The notes beneath the pieces were generated by a model. That model was given only the letters and a program-made list of their open reading frames with translations, was not told the DNA's origin and did not search any database. Made by a program: the position numbers and the translations under genes. Shown piece after piece: positions 14,898 to 22,289 of a DNA stretch of 34,909 bases. How positions within the stretch are numbered: position 1 is the stretch's first letter; each line of letters begins with the position of its first letter. The DNA is taken from the IMG/VR virus record IMGVR_UViG_3300021962_000334, positions 1-34,909 of that record; one strand, 5' to 3'. This DNA comes from a virus. Taxonomy: Duplodnaviria > Caudoviricetes.

Positions 14898-15147
14898 CGA
14901 CCGCCTCCAGACTGTCCAGCACCCTGACGTCAGCCCCCAGCCTCGTCAGCATCTCGTGAATCCGAGACTGCAACGCGGTCGGGCGCCGACCAGGCGCCTT
15001 GAGTTCCACGAACATCACCCTCCCGCCCGGCAGGAAGACGATCCGGTCCGGCACCCCGCTCATCGCTGGCGCCACCCACTTGATCGCCACGCCGCCGGCC
15101 TTCCGCGCCTGCTCGATCAGCCGCTGCTCAATCTTTCTCTCAAGCAT
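14881..15147 (-). CDS. VRR-NUC domain nuclease (88 aa)
   Basis: E..IE..GG...K.....GVPDRIV....FVELKAPG....LQ PD-(D/E)xK signature. Confidence 0.9.
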   Translation of the reverse strand: MLERKIEQRLIEQARKAGGVAIKWVAPAMSGVPDRIVFLPGGRVMFVELKAPGRRPTALQSRIHEMLTRLGADVRVLDSLEAVDALFA

Positions 15148-15157
15148 TGCCCGCTCC

Positions 15158-15354
15158 AGCTCGGTGACAAGGTGACGTGACGAGCACTGTTTTGGATCTC
15201 ACATATGCGGGGTATATGTTTTTGGCGCTCTGCACCCAAAACACACATCTCTTGCGTGTGTGCGCGACCCATACACTTGTCACCTTGTCACTCATCACCT
15301 AATCACTAGAGAGAAAACAGGCGGTGACAAGCAAGGTGACGAGCTCGGTGACAA
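15158..15354. repeat. Cluster of GGTGAC(A/G)A direct and inverted repeats; putative replication origin
   Basis: GGTGAC units at 15163, 15171, 15323, 15335 and 15347, with inverted TTGTCAC at 15277 and 15285. AGCTCGGTGACAA is duplicated at 15158 and 15342. Non-coding, AT-richer core right after the primase gene. Confidence 0.7.
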
Positions 15355-15375
15355 CTGCCCCTGGTCCATCACCCG

Positions 15376-17856
15376 TCACTCCAGAAAGTCCATCGACCCG
15401 TCACCCGTCGCGTTCAGCGCGGTGACAACATCCGCATCACTCATCACCGCCCCCTGCTGGACCCACACTCGGCACGCCTCCCCTTTCCACTTTTTCCGGG
15501 CCGCGAACCTGTACCCGAGACGGCTCAGCAGCGTGTTCACGCGGGTCGTGGAAGGCGCCTCCGCGCCGGCTGAGATCATTGCGCGGACCAGGTGAGCCGA
15601 GCTCAGGACGTTCCGCGACACCCCCTCCGCGCCCCGCTCAATCACGTCCTCGGCGATCAGCTCCAGGTCCCCCTTACTCATCTCGACGACGGTTCGCTTC
15701 ACGTCCGTGTCGGGGGCCCGCCCGTCGGCGTCAAACTCCGGGTGCAGTTCCGTCTCCAGCAGCCACTTGCGCATCGCCCCCGGGTGCTCGTGGACGGCCG
15801 CGAAGAGCCGCGTGAAATACCCGTCTTGGGTCAGCTGCTGGGCCTGGGCCGTGGTCAGTTGGGACGACAGGAACATGTACCGGCGGTCCGACGCATCCAC
15901 GGGAGCGCCGTCCAGGTAGTTCGAGAAGACGATGTAGTTCGAGACGTTGGGCGCCGTGTAGGACGCCTTGCCTTTCGGGTGTATCTCGACCTGCGAATTC
16001 GTGATGAAGGGCTTCAGCCGGTTCATCACGTCGTAGCGGTTGTGGCCGTGCTGCTTCATCTCCTCGATCGCGATCAAGGCGTACCCGCTGGCCCAGTCCG
16101 TGAAGTTGCTCTCTAGCGTCGAGCCGTTCAGCGACCGCACGTTCTGCCCGCCCATCGCCGCAGCCACGAGCTCGCTGAAGAAGCTCTTGCCGTCGCCTGG
16201 CACCCCGTGGATGTACGGCGACCAGCGGATCTTCTTGCCCGGATGTTGGACGTTCCAGGCGATCCACGAGACCAGCAGATCCCGCTCCCGCTGGTCCGCC
16301 AGATAGGTGCGCAGGTGCAGCTCGACCGCGGCGATTGCGGCCAGGTCGTCGGCCGAGTACTGATCAGGCACCGCGGGCACCGATTCCGGTCGGTACAGGT
16401 TGACCCACTTGCGGCCGAACATCTCGAACACCGTGTCTGCGCCAGGCATGTAGGCCTTGTGCGCCACGACAGGCATCCCCCACATGTCGACCGCCCACTG
16501 GTCAGCCCGCTCGCGGTTGCCCTGCGGGTCGAGCGGCATGAACCTGTTGTGCAGCGCGCGGAAGCCCTGGCTGGTGGTCTCCTGCTTGGTCTCTGTGTGG
16601 AAGAACTTGTCGCCGTCGGTGATGTAGACCCACGGCGCGGCCCACTCGGGCATCGGCGCGGCCTGCTGAACGCCTGAGCGTGAGCGCACCCAGCCGCGCA
16701 CCGTGCCGATCGGCAGGCGCACGCCGAGATCCTTGGCGCGGGTCTGGATGGCGGTGGCCAGGGTCTCGCGCTCGACGTCGGTCAGGCCCGCGGTGTTCGC
16801 GATCTGGGCGGCGACCTGGTCCTGCAGGTCACGCGCGTCCGAGCAGGCCTCGACCTGGCGCTTGAACTTGTCCAGCTGCTGGTCGCGCTCGTCGCGCTGG
16901 GCCTGCTGCCGGGCGGCCTTGGTCTGCTTGACCAGACTGGCCAGCGTGACGCCGCCGTTGCCCACCGCGCGCACGGTCTTGAACGACCGCCAGCGTGCCA
17001 GGCCGTATTCGGGGCCGCCGTACTTGCTCGACTCCTGGAAGATCTCGTCCCACAGCTCAAAGCCCTCCTCGCTGCCGCCGAACTGGTGATGCAGCGCCTG
17101 GCCGACCCTGATCCAGTCGTCGTAGGGCATCTCCAGGTCCAGGTGCGGCGCGATGTCCGCGCGCACGCGGTCGGCGTCCCAGCCGTCGAGCGCCGGCTTG
17201 TAGTTCGCCAGCGCCAGCTCGCCCAAGTCGATCGTGGCGGCCGGCGAGGCGGTCACCGCGCTGCTGCTACGCACCGACCAGCCTTCGGGCAGGCACGACG
17301 GCAGGTCCGCCACGAACCGCGACACGTCGGCGGTGTCGATCCAGGTCAGGTCCCACACCTCAAGGTCGCCCGGCCCGCTGGCGCCGACCCACTCGTACTC
17401 AAACCCGTCAGGGTGCTCGCCGTAGACCACGTACTGCTGGCCCTCGCCGAGGATCTCGACCGCGTAGTCCTTCCCGTCGTCGCCCTTCGGGCCGTTGGGG
17501 CCGGTCAGGAACACCTTGACCTTGCTGAATGGCGCCGTGGTGGCGTACATCAGCAGGCGCTTGGGGCGCGAGCCGAACCGCACGGGCGCAGGGCCGAGCA
17601 CGCGCAGCGCGCAGGCCTCGATCGCCGCAGCGCACTGCTCGTCGCGCACGTCGATGTCCACGCCCGGGAAGCGCGCGGCCAGCAGGCCAATGTTGCCCTC
17701 GGCGTAGCCGTTCAGGGCGAACCGCTCGATGCGCTCGATCGGAAAGCCGTGCTGCCATCCAGGCTCGACGACACGCTTCTGCTTCGGCTTGACGGGGACC
17801 ACGTCCCACCCGCCCCGGTGCAGTTCGGGGCCATCCGCACCGAAGCGCCGGGTCAT
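15376..17856 (-). CDS. Bifunctional primase-polymerase (Prim-Pol) + PriCT-2 + SF3-like helicase (DUF5906/VirE-like) (826 aa)
   Basis: N-terminal NIGL..GVDIDV and GQQYVVYGEHP. PriCT-2 YDDWIRVGQALHH..LWDE..SSKY. C-terminal Walker A GVPGDGKS, Walker B IAIEE and DRRY. Confidence 0.9.
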   Translation of the reverse strand: MTRRFGADGPELHRGGWDVVPVKPKQKRVVEPGWQHGFPIERIERFALNGYAEGNIGLLAARFPGVDIDVRDEQCAAAIEACALRVLGPAPVRFGSRPKRLLMYATTAPFSKVKVFLTGPNGPKGDDGKDYAVEILGEGQQYVVYGEHPDGFEYEWVGASGPGDLEVWDLTWIDTADVSRFVADLPSCLPEGWSVRSSSAVTASPAATIDLGELALANYKPALDGWDADRVRADIAPHLDLEMPYDDWIRVGQALHHQFGGSEEGFELWDEIFQESSKYGGPEYGLARWRSFKTVRAVGNGGVTLASLVKQTKAARQQAQRDERDQQLDKFKRQVEACSDARDLQDQVAAQIANTAGLTDVERETLATAIQTRAKDLGVRLPIGTVRGWVRSRSGVQQAAPMPEWAAPWVYITDGDKFFHTETKQETTSQGFRALHNRFMPLDPQGNRERADQWAVDMWGMPVVAHKAYMPGADTVFEMFGRKWVNLYRPESVPAVPDQYSADDLAAIAAVELHLRTYLADQRERDLLVSWIAWNVQHPGKKIRWSPYIHGVPGDGKSFFSELVAAAMGGQNVRSLNGSTLESNFTDWASGYALIAIEEMKQHGHNRYDVMNRLKPFITNSQVEIHPKGKASYTAPNVSNYIVFSNYLDGAPVDASDRRYMFLSSQLTTAQAQQLTQDGYFTRLFAAVHEHPGAMRKWLLETELHPEFDADGRAPDTDVKRTVVEMSKGDLELIAEDVIERGAEGVSRNVLSSAHLVRAMISAGAEAPSTTRVNTLLSRLGYRFAARKKWKGEACRVWVQQGAVMSDADVVTALNATGDGSMDFLE

Positions 17857-18044
17857 GCGCGCCCCGCCTTGCGCGTGGCCTCGGTCAGGTCCAGCAGCGC
17901 CTTGCGGATTCCGTTGGCCGCGTCGCTCTCAATCAGAGCGGCCAGCACGAGAGCGTGGTCCTGCGGCTCGACGCCCGTTTCTTCAAGGGCGGCGCAGGCG
18001 TCCGCGAGCAGGTCGCGGAAGTATTCAATTCGTTGCGAACTCAC
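17853..18044 (-). CDS. Hypothetical protein (63 aa)
   Basis: GGAG SD, GTG start, ATGA overlap with the primase start. Confidence 0.7.
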   Translation of the reverse strand: MSSQRIEYFRDLLADACAALEETGVEPQDHALVLAALIESDAANGIRKALLDLTEATRKAGRA

Positions 18045-18091
18045 TATCGACTCCAGACGAACACCGGCAATCCGGCCGGCACGGTTTTGCT

Positions 18092-18286
18092 TCAGTGCGT
18101 CGAACCCTCCACGGGCAGCATGTGCAGCATCGCGCGGTGGACCGCCTGGCGAAACGACTCGACGGCCGAATCACTGCAGGACAAGTAGATCCGCACGTCG
18201 GTGTCCGGCACGTCCACGACCAGCTGCTCGCCCTGCGACAGGCCGAGCACGGCGTCGTAAGACAGCCGCAGGTGCAGCTCGGTCAT
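18092..18286 (-). CDS. Hypothetical protein (64 aa)
   Basis: ATG 18286 overlaps the Cro stop (ATGA). MTELHLRLSYDAVLGLSQGEQ... Confidence 0.65.
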   Translation of the reverse strand: MTELHLRLSYDAVLGLSQGEQLVVDVPDTDVRIYLSCSDSAVESFRQAVHRAMLHMLPVEGSTH

Positions 18287-18504
18287 GCCGGCGCCCGCAG
18301 GGCGGACCAAGCGATGTCGGGCCGCATCTGCTCAGCCCGGATCGGCAGCCCGGCTTCGCGGGCCAGCGCTTCGAGGGCGGGCACGCGATCAGCCGGGATG
18401 CGCTGCTTGATCACCCACAGGCTGACCGCCTGCGACGTCACGCCGAGGTGACGGGCGATGGCCGCGGGGCCCCCGAGGGTGGTGATGATCTCCCTGACGC
18501 TCAT
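18283..18504 (-). CDS. Cro/YdaS-like HTH transcriptional regulator (73 aa)
   Basis: LGGPAAIARHLGVTSQAVSLW..RIPADR..MRPDIAW is a typical Cro/YdaS pattern. First gene of the leftward operon. Confidence 0.85.
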   Translation of the reverse strand: MSVREIITTLGGPAAIARHLGVTSQAVSLWVIKQRIPADRVPALEALAREAGLPIRAEQMRPDIAWSALRAPA

Positions 18505-18647
18505 GCCTTGATGATAGCGGCGCTTTCCTTTTGTGCATACCGGGTTATCCCGCCCCTCGCGCGGCCGATGTCGGCCGCCGTTCGTCGTCCCCCGCTGGCC
18601 GAGGTCAATACCGCATCCGTAGTTGTGCAGATTCTCACTGCCCAGGA

Positions 18648-18705
18648 TTAGGGTTTGTCCTGATTCACCCGGGGGTTGACCGCGCCTGTCGACGTTAGCC
18701 ATACT
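18648..18705 (+). promoter_or_regulatory. Predicted sigma70 early promoter with an upstream TTAGGG box
   Basis: TTGACC (18676)-N18-CATACT (18700). Degenerate box TTAGGGTTTGTCCTGA at 18648-18663. Confidence 0.6.
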
Positions 18706-18748
18706 TGCTTCCCGTAAGTTGTGCTTTCCAAACAACAGGAGGTGGCAA

Positions 18749-18913
18749 GTGGCAGATGACAGGAGCCCCGCAGAGGGCAAGAGCGCGCCGATCATCCCGG
18801 TCGGCCAGTGGAAGCCGGGCGCCGACGTGCAAGCCACGTGGCGCAAATTCGGATGGGTTCCGCCCAGCGAGAGCCGCACCGAGTTCTACGACGAGCCGAA
18901 GGGGGTGAAATGA
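18749..18913 (+). CDS. Hypothetical protein (54 aa) with DVQATWRKFGWVPPS motif
   Basis: AGGAGG SD before GTG 18749, and an ATGA overlap with the next gene. Confidence 0.7.
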   Translation: MADDRSPAEGKSAPIIPVGQWKPGADVQATWRKFGWVPPSESRTEFYDEPKGVK

Positions 18914-19404
18914 TCACCATCACCCTGACGCCCCGCACCCCCGCCCACCTCGACGCCGCGCTCGCGCTGCTGCAGCGCATTCGCGACGACGAGGCCGCGG
19001 CCGATGCGAAGTTCTCCGAGATGTTCCGCGGCGTGGCCAACGAGACGATGGCCGACGCGCTGCCGGTCGAAGTTCCCGCAGTGACCGAGCGCGAGCCCGG
19101 CGCTGACGAAGATGAGCAGCCGACCGTCGAGCCGGCCAAGGTCATCCGCAAACGAAAGAGCGCGGCGCCCGAGCCCACCGCTCCCGCGGCGCCCCTGCCG
19201 CCCCCTCCCCCGCCGCCTCCGGCTGCGCCTGAGACCCCGGCCATCACGCTGGTCGACGTGCGGGCCAAGCTGAGCTCGCTGAGCCGCGATGGTCACGGCG
19301 AGGCGGTCAAGGCTCTGCTGGCCGACTATGGCGCGGCAAAGCTGACCGACGTGCAGGAGAGCGACTACGCCGCGCTGATGGCCCGCGCGAAGGAGATCGC
19401 ATGA
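18910..19404 (+). CDS. Phage protein with Pro-rich linker and small C-terminal helical domain, of the type usually found upstream of DUF2800 (164 aa)
   Basis: C-terminal ITLVDVRAKL..AVKALLADYGAAKLTDV..DYAALM pattern. Confidence 0.75.
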   Translation: MITITLTPRTPAHLDAALALLQRIRDDEAAADAKFSEMFRGVANETMADALPVEVPAVTEREPGADEDEQPTVEPAKVIRKRKSAAPEPTAPAAPLPPPPPPPPAAPETPAITLVDVRAKLSSLSRDGHGEAVKALLADYGAAKLTDVQESDYAALMARAKEIA

Positions 19405-19652
19405 CCACCGTCACCCTGACGATCGCCGACAACGGCGACGAGCTGCACCTCGAAGGCAAGTTGGACGACCCCGAGGCCCTGAACCAGCCGCCCACGCCGG
19501 CGGTGATCGTCGGGACCTATCTGGCGACCAACGCCGAGCAGATCTGCAAAGACGCCATCCAATGGTTCAACCGGATGGTTGCCGACCAGGAGCAGGCGGC
19601 CAACGAGCCGCAGCTGAAGCTCGTGCTGCCGGGCGATGGGGGGCTGCAATGA
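19401..19652 (+). CDS. Hypothetical protein (83 aa)
   Basis: AAGGAG SD and ATGA overlaps on both sides. Confidence 0.75.
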   Translation: MTTVTLTIADNGDELHLEGKLDDPEALNQPPTPAVIVGTYLATNAEQICKDAIQWFNRMVADQEQAANEPQLKLVLPGDGGLQ

Positions 19653-19771
19653 AGGGTCTGAGCAGCGTCATCGTGCTGCTTGGTTTGGCCCTGCTGGCCG
19701 GCGTTGTTGTGGCCGGCTGGTGCGGGTTCCTGGTGGCGGTCGGCATCCACGTTGCTCGGTGGTTCCTGTGA
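19649..19771 (+). CDS. Small membrane protein (40 aa)
   Basis: MKGLSSVIVLLGLALLAGVVVAGWCGFLVAVGIHVARWFL, translationally coupled on both sides. Confidence 0.65.
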   Translation: MKGLSSVIVLLGLALLAGVVVAGWCGFLVAVGIHVARWFL

Positions 19772-20178
19772 TGGACTGCCTGATCCTCGGCGACAGCATC
19801 GCCGTCGGCGTGTTTGCGCAGCGGCGCGAGTGCGTCAGCTACGTGCGCGGCGGCTGGAACAGCTGGCAGTTCAACCGCGAGTACCTGCCGGTCGTCGGCA
19901 CGCGGCGCTACCGCACGGCGATCGTGTCGCTCGGTGCCAACGACCACCAGGGCGTGCGGTCCGAGCGGGAGCTGCGCAAGCTGCGCGCGGAGATCAAGGC
20001 CGACCGCGTCTACTGGATCTCGCCCGGCGCGAGAAAGGCGTCGCAACTCGAAGCAATCGAAAAAATCGCAACGGAGTACGGCGACGTTGTGCTGCCCCGG
20101 CCCGAGCAGTACATGAGCGCGGACGGCGTGCATCCGACGACGCAGGGCTACCGGACGCTGGCGAGGAGCACGCAATGA
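19771..20178 (+). CDS. Minimal SGNH/GDSL hydrolase (135 aa)
   Basis: Block I LILGDSIA, block III SLGAND and block V DGVHP are all present. Confidence 0.85.
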   Translation: MDCLILGDSIAVGVFAQRRECVSYVRGGWNSWQFNREYLPVVGTRRYRTAIVSLGANDHQGVRSERELRKLRAEIKADRVYWISPGARKASQLEAIEKIATEYGDVVLPRPEQYMSADGVHPTTQGYRTLARSTQ

Positions 20179-20492
20179 GCGATCGATTGAGAATCGCTGC
20201 CGAGGCGGCGTTGGAGGCGTTGGAGACTTGCGTGTGCGCCATGCAGGACTATCAAGCCGGAATCGGAATCACCGAGATGTTTGACGTTGGCGAGCGAAAA
20301 GGACGCGAGACGCTCATCGCCCTGCGCGCCGCGCTGGTCGAGCCGACCTCGCCCCGCCGCGAGTGGGTGGGGCTGAAGGATGAGGCAATCGCCGACATCG
20401 TGGACGACATGAACGGAAACGAACCGACTGCGCCGTTTTGGCGCGACCTTGCCCGCGCCATCGAAGCCGCGCTGAAGGAAAAGAACACATGA
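20175..20492 (+). CDS. Hypothetical phage protein (105 aa), EWVGL..ARAIEAALKEKN type
   Basis: GAGGAG SD and ATGA overlaps. Confidence 0.75.
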   Translation: MSDRLRIAAEAALEALETCVCAMQDYQAGIGITEMFDVGERKGRETLIALRAALVEPTSPRREWVGLKDEAIADIVDDMNGNEPTAPFWRDLARAIEAALKEKNT

Positions 20493-20794
20493 AGCACTCA
20501 ACTGAACGCTGGGTTTTGAACGAGAACAACAACTGGAAAACCAACCCGTTTTCCGTGACCGTGCGTAAAGCAGGGGTGCATAGCGCAACAGTCGCTAACA
20601 TACCGACGCGCCTGACGATCCCGCCTAGTGAACAACAAGCCAACGCACGATTGATTGCTGCTGCGCCTGACTTGCTTGATGCGCTCAAGCTGATGCTTGC
20701 TGAGTGTTTTGATGAAGAACGTGATGACGCAACGATTCACGCGGTAGCACAAGCACGGGCGGCGATTGCCAAAGCGGAAGGTCGTCGTGGCTAA
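20489..20794 (+). CDS. Hypothetical phage protein (101 aa), ANARLIAAAPDLL family
   Basis: AAGGA SD. The ANARLIAAAPDLLDAL..ARAAIAKAEG motif is common in phage early regions. Confidence 0.8.
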   Translation: MKHSTERWVLNENNNWKTNPFSVTVRKAGVHSATVANIPTRLTIPPSEQQANARLIAAAPDLLDALKLMLAECFDEERDDATIHAVAQARAAIAKAEGRRG

Positions 20795-21020
20795 GTTGTC
20801 TCCGCACCAGATCTTCATGCTCAAGATGTTCGACAAAGGGTGGGGGTTCAAGATGTACAACAGTAAGCGTGGATCGTGGATGACGTATTGGTCGCTGCGT
20901 ACCCGAGGGCTGATCGGACCCGGACCTACGATCCGACGAGCAGGAAACCTAGTCGCTATTGACCGGCTTACCGACAAAGGCCGCGCGGTATTGGCAAACC
21001 TGAAGGAAAAGAACGCATGA
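20787..21020 (+). CDS. Hypothetical basic protein (about 77 aa), possible winged helix
   Basis: LSPHQ..L..WSLRTRGLI...LTDKGRAVL pattern. The start position is uncertain. Confidence 0.65.
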   Translation: MAKLSPHQIFMLKMFDKGWGFKMYNSKRGSWMTYWSLRTRGLIGPGPTIRRAGNLVAIDRLTDKGRAVLANLKEKNA

Positions 21021-21412
21021 AGTTCCGCAAAAAGCCTGTGGTCATTGAGGCTACGCAGTGGTTCAAGAACGGCGACCACCCGCTGGATTACAGCAAGACC
21101 CATGACGGCGCGGCTGGCGGTGAACTGGTGCGGTTTGGGCCAGAGTACCGCAAAATCATGGGGTGGGAGGGCGACATAGTGCGCTACTACCGCCGCCCCG
21201 ACGATAGCGGGGATCGTGCCTGCAAGAAGTGCGGAGACACCATGCACGATCACGGCTGGGTCTACACGCTTGAGGGCGGACATATCGTCTGCCCCGGCGA
21301 CTGGATCATCACTGGCGTGAATGGCGAACACTACCCCTGCAAGCCCGACATCTTCGAAGCAACCTATGAAGCTGTAAACAAAGAAGCCGCGCTGAAGGAG
21401 AAGAACGCATGA
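21017..21412 (+). CDS. Conserved phage protein, KKPVVIEA..TLEG..PGDWII..YPCKPDIFE family (131 aa)
   Basis: Recognisable widespread phage family motifs, with a CKKC..H..H insert. Confidence 0.85.
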   Translation: MKFRKKPVVIEATQWFKNGDHPLDYSKTHDGAAGGELVRFGPEYRKIMGWEGDIVRYYRRPDDSGDRACKKCGDTMHDHGWVYTLEGGHIVCPGDWIITGVNGEHYPCKPDIFEATYEAVNKEAALKEKNA

Positions 21413-21612
21413 GCTGCTGCCCGCAATGCACCTACTTCGACAGCACCGTCACGATGACGCGGCGCCTGAACAACGGCTGGATCAAGCGCTGGCGCCGGTG
21501 CGACCGGGAGGAGTGTGGCACCAAGTGGCACACCTACGAGATGCCGACCACCCAAGTGGAGCCGCACGAGGACGCTGATCTGCGCGAGATCAAAAGGGAG
21601 GTGGTCGAATGA
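21409..21612 (+). CDS. Zinc-ribbon protein, NrdR N-terminal/Ogr-like (67 aa)
   Basis: CPQC..STV..TR.....IKRWRRC....CGTKWHTYE matches the NrdR-type zinc ribbon. Confidence 0.75.
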   Translation: MSCCPQCTYFDSTVTMTRRLNNGWIKRWRRCDREECGTKWHTYEMPTTQVEPHEDADLREIKREVVE

Positions 21613-22289
21613 ACTTCGTCTGCCCCCTGCCCCCGATGAAGGTCCTCGTGCGCGCTGAGTACCTGTACGACTTCGAGCGTGGCCACGGCCACCTGGTCGA
21701 AGGCGTGTGGTGTTCGGTCAAAGCGCACCGCGGCGAGGCGTTCCGGTTCGAGACCTACTTGCCTGGCTACGGCGCGCTGTACGACAAGCTGCCGATCAGT
21801 GCTTTCCGGTGGCGGGACTACGACGCCCTGCGCGCCGACGACGCCGGCGTGCTGCGGCCTGCGCCCGAGGAGGACCTGCCGCTCGACATGCTGCAGATCT
21901 GGGACGCGCTCAGCTACTACGTGACCGTGGTCGAGAAGCCTCTGATCAAGGGCCTGCGCTGCGAGTTCTACGGCAAGGACAAGCAGCTGCACCCAGGCGA
22001 GTACGTGCTGACGCTGGACGGCTGCAACCCTGATCCGCGCATCCCGGACTTCACGTTCGTCGAGACGGTCGACGAGCACAAGTCCTACAACTTGCTGAAG
22101 CTGGACAACGGGCAATTCGGTTTGCAGCCGAACAACAGATGCCGGTTCTTCGACCCGGCGCTTACGCCCAGCGAGCTGAAGTTCCCGGACTTCAAGGTTG
22201 CGACGATCAAGTGGACGGTGGAGAACAAGTCGAAGTGGCGCCTCGGCGACACCAGCGACGTGACCTATGACGGAAGGGGAGAGGGATGA
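21609..22289 (+). CDS. Conserved hypothetical phage protein (226 aa)
   Basis: GGAGG SD and strong GC3 bias. Motifs EYLYD..GHG, GALYDKLPISAF, QIWD, EHKS and LDNGQFGLQPNNR. Confidence 0.85.
   Translation: MNFVCPLPPMKVLVRAEYLYDFERGHGHLVEGVWCSVKAHRGEAFRFETYLPGYGALYDKLPISAFRWRDYDALRADDAGVLRPAPEEDLPLDMLQIWDALSYYVTVVEKPLIKGLRCEFYGKDKQLHPGEYVLTLDGCNPDPRIPDFTFVETVDEHKSYNLLKLDNGQFGLQPNNRCRFFDPALTPSELKFPDFKVATIKWTVENKSKWRLGDTSDVTYDGRGEG

Noticed and set aside
15158-15354. GGTGAC repeats as a mini CRISPR array
   Set aside because: The units are only 6-13 bp, irregularly spaced and in both orientations.
19168-19240. C-rich low-complexity tract
   Set aside because: It simply encodes the Pro/Ala linker (PLPPPPPPPPAAP) of the 164-aa protein.
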